Assembly (NCBI GenBank): GCA_965644295.1
Contig: CBFFRP010000386.1
Span: forward strand, 48,922 to 112,921
Length of the DNA stretch: 64,000 nucleotides
DNA from: Paraphysomonas bandaiensis
Taxonomy: Eukaryota > Protista > Chrysophyceae
Reading direction: 5' to 3'
The first letter of the stretch is position 1, and every line of letters begins with the position of its first letter. Made by a program: the position numbers and the translations under genes. Under the pieces are notes generated by a model that made no database searches, was not told the origin of the DNA, and was given only the letters and a program-made list of their open reading frames with translations. Shown piece after piece: positions 62,248 through 64,000 of this stretch.

Positions 62248-64000
62248 ATGAGTTCTAAGACTAACAGTTACGATAACTCCGACTCCGACTCATCGGACAA
62301 GAGGAAGGATTCCATGCCACCCTTCGACGCCAAGAACTTCTCAAAATGGCAGAAGAAAAGTAGAGCCTGGTTCTTTCGTAAGCCTAAGATAGTATACATC
62401 CTAAGAAACGATGCGCCAGAGGAGCCTATACGTCAAGAGGAAGAAACAGAAGAGGACTACCTATACAGGAAAAACGCCTACGACGAAAATATGCAGTATT
62501 TCGAGGAGGGCAACAATTACCTATGGTCACTTCTATCCAGCGCGGTGATTGGCCAAAACGAGGAAGCAGAGGGTATTATCGAAACAGTCCCTGAAGGAGA
62601 TGGAAAAAGGGCATGGTCAGAGATCGAAAAGCATTTCAAAGACAAGACCTCAAATGATACGATAACCGACCTCATTGGCCAACTGCAATCAATCAAAATC
62701 AAGCAAGCTCAAACAATCAATCAATTCCTGGACGAAGTCGAAAAATTGCGATTAAAGCTCGCTACACATGGCCACAAAGTCTCTGAACAAGACCTTATTT
62801 CAAGAATACGACAAGGGATGGTCTCAAATGAGAACCAGACCTATAAGGACCTGGCAATCAACCTCCAAATGAACCCAATTGATGATTATAAAACGCTGAT
62901 AAGAAGATTGAGAGCATTCGAGCATTCCACTGTAGGCTCCCTACTATCACAAAATACGGAAACCAAACGGGACAGCGCAAACTACAGCTCAACAGGCAAA
63001 CAGCCGTTTAACCCCCGTCTACCGAAGAAGCAGAAGCACAACAACGGGCAGCGAAAACAGAAGAAATTCAACAAGCCCAGCAAAGTCACAAGAGCCTCGC
63101 GCGAAGTTAAGTGCTTCAGATGCAATGGATCCAACCACATTGCAGCAGAGTGCAAGCACTCGTGGGAACACATACAACAGATGCAGAAGTCCACAAACAA
63201 ACGAAACGACGACAAAAGAGGGAAAGGGCATCACTCCAAGAACACATCATCAAAATACCCAAGAAACAGTCATCGGGATTCGAACTTAAGACTGGAAGAC
63301 TATGACGATGAGGGGCCAAACGATGACAATGACTACAGTGCATTCTCTGGGATGATCACAGACAACCACGTCCTACATACGGAACACGAGAAGCAGGAAT
63401 TTGGCATTCTAGACTCTGGCTGCACAATATCAATTACAGCAGCACGAAGCTTACTCTCCGAATTCACTTACGATCAAACCACAATTTACACCGCCAAATC
63501 AGGATCAGAAATGCAGGCATTGGGATACGGCAAGCTTGGACTGATTAGCAAGTGCAGGCTAGTTCCAGACGCGTCAAAGACTTTAATTTCTATCAGCCAG
63601 TTGACAACAGACGCCAACTGCAATATTATATTCGGACCAAACGAGGCACGCGTATACCACGATGGAATTTTGTTAACCACAGCCAGGAAACAAAACGGTC
63701 TATACGAGATCAAATTATCCGATTTAGGTTACATCCAAGACCAGTGCAACTTGGCATCTACATCAAGCGGTTCCTCGATCTCCCTGGCACATCGAAGGTT
63801 GACCCACGCATCCATTGGCTTAATTCAAAAAGCACTAAAGTTGAATCTTGTGAAAGGAATCACTATTTCAAAATCCGACCTGAGCTCGCCACAGCTACCA
63901 GAAGGCCTTTGTGATGGCTGCGCACAAGGCAAGGCTCACAGGAGGAAACATAGGCGCGAGACAAGGCAAATGATACCGACAAAAACCAGAAGATCGCAGG
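62248..64000 (+). mobile_element. Ty1/Copia gag-pol, open to the window end (5' LTR probably ~61980-62236)
   Basis: Frame from ATG 62248 with Gag GDGKRAW, zinc knuckle CFRCNGSNHIAAEC, protease ILDSGCT, GLYEI..HRRLTH..CDGCAQGK (pre-integrase/HHCC). PBS-like TGGCAGCGG at 62239. Confidence 0.93.

Overview
Eukaryotic nuclear DNA with many short (~50-60 nt) GT-AG introns. The gene set (bZIP-PAS, RGS-LOV, 7TM hybrid His-kinase-like) suggests an ochrophyte stramenopile (inference). About 18 host genes are visible: GT41/SPINDLY-like TPR glycosyltransferase, 4TM+PH protein, bZIP-PAS, NudC, PARP-family ART, RPS5, CAMKMT, RGS-LOV, RPN1, pseudo hybrid histidine kinase, C2-WW, TauE, dual-specificity phosphatase, GT61, EGF-like repeat membrane protein, RPL27A and two hypotheticals. 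Intergenic DNA is full of mobile elements: a decayed Copia with apparently identical LTRs, the 5' part of an open Copia gag-pol, a TSD-flanked 5'-truncated RNase H/CCHC LINE, MULE- and hAT-like MITEs, and a family of short non-coding retroposons. The most notable item is that retroposon family. Two TSD-defined copies start at exactly the same base and carry LINE-type 3' ends, and their first ~87 nt can be folded into an atypical HDV-like ribozyme topology whose P1 begins at that base. All calls come from reading the sequence by eye; no searches were run.
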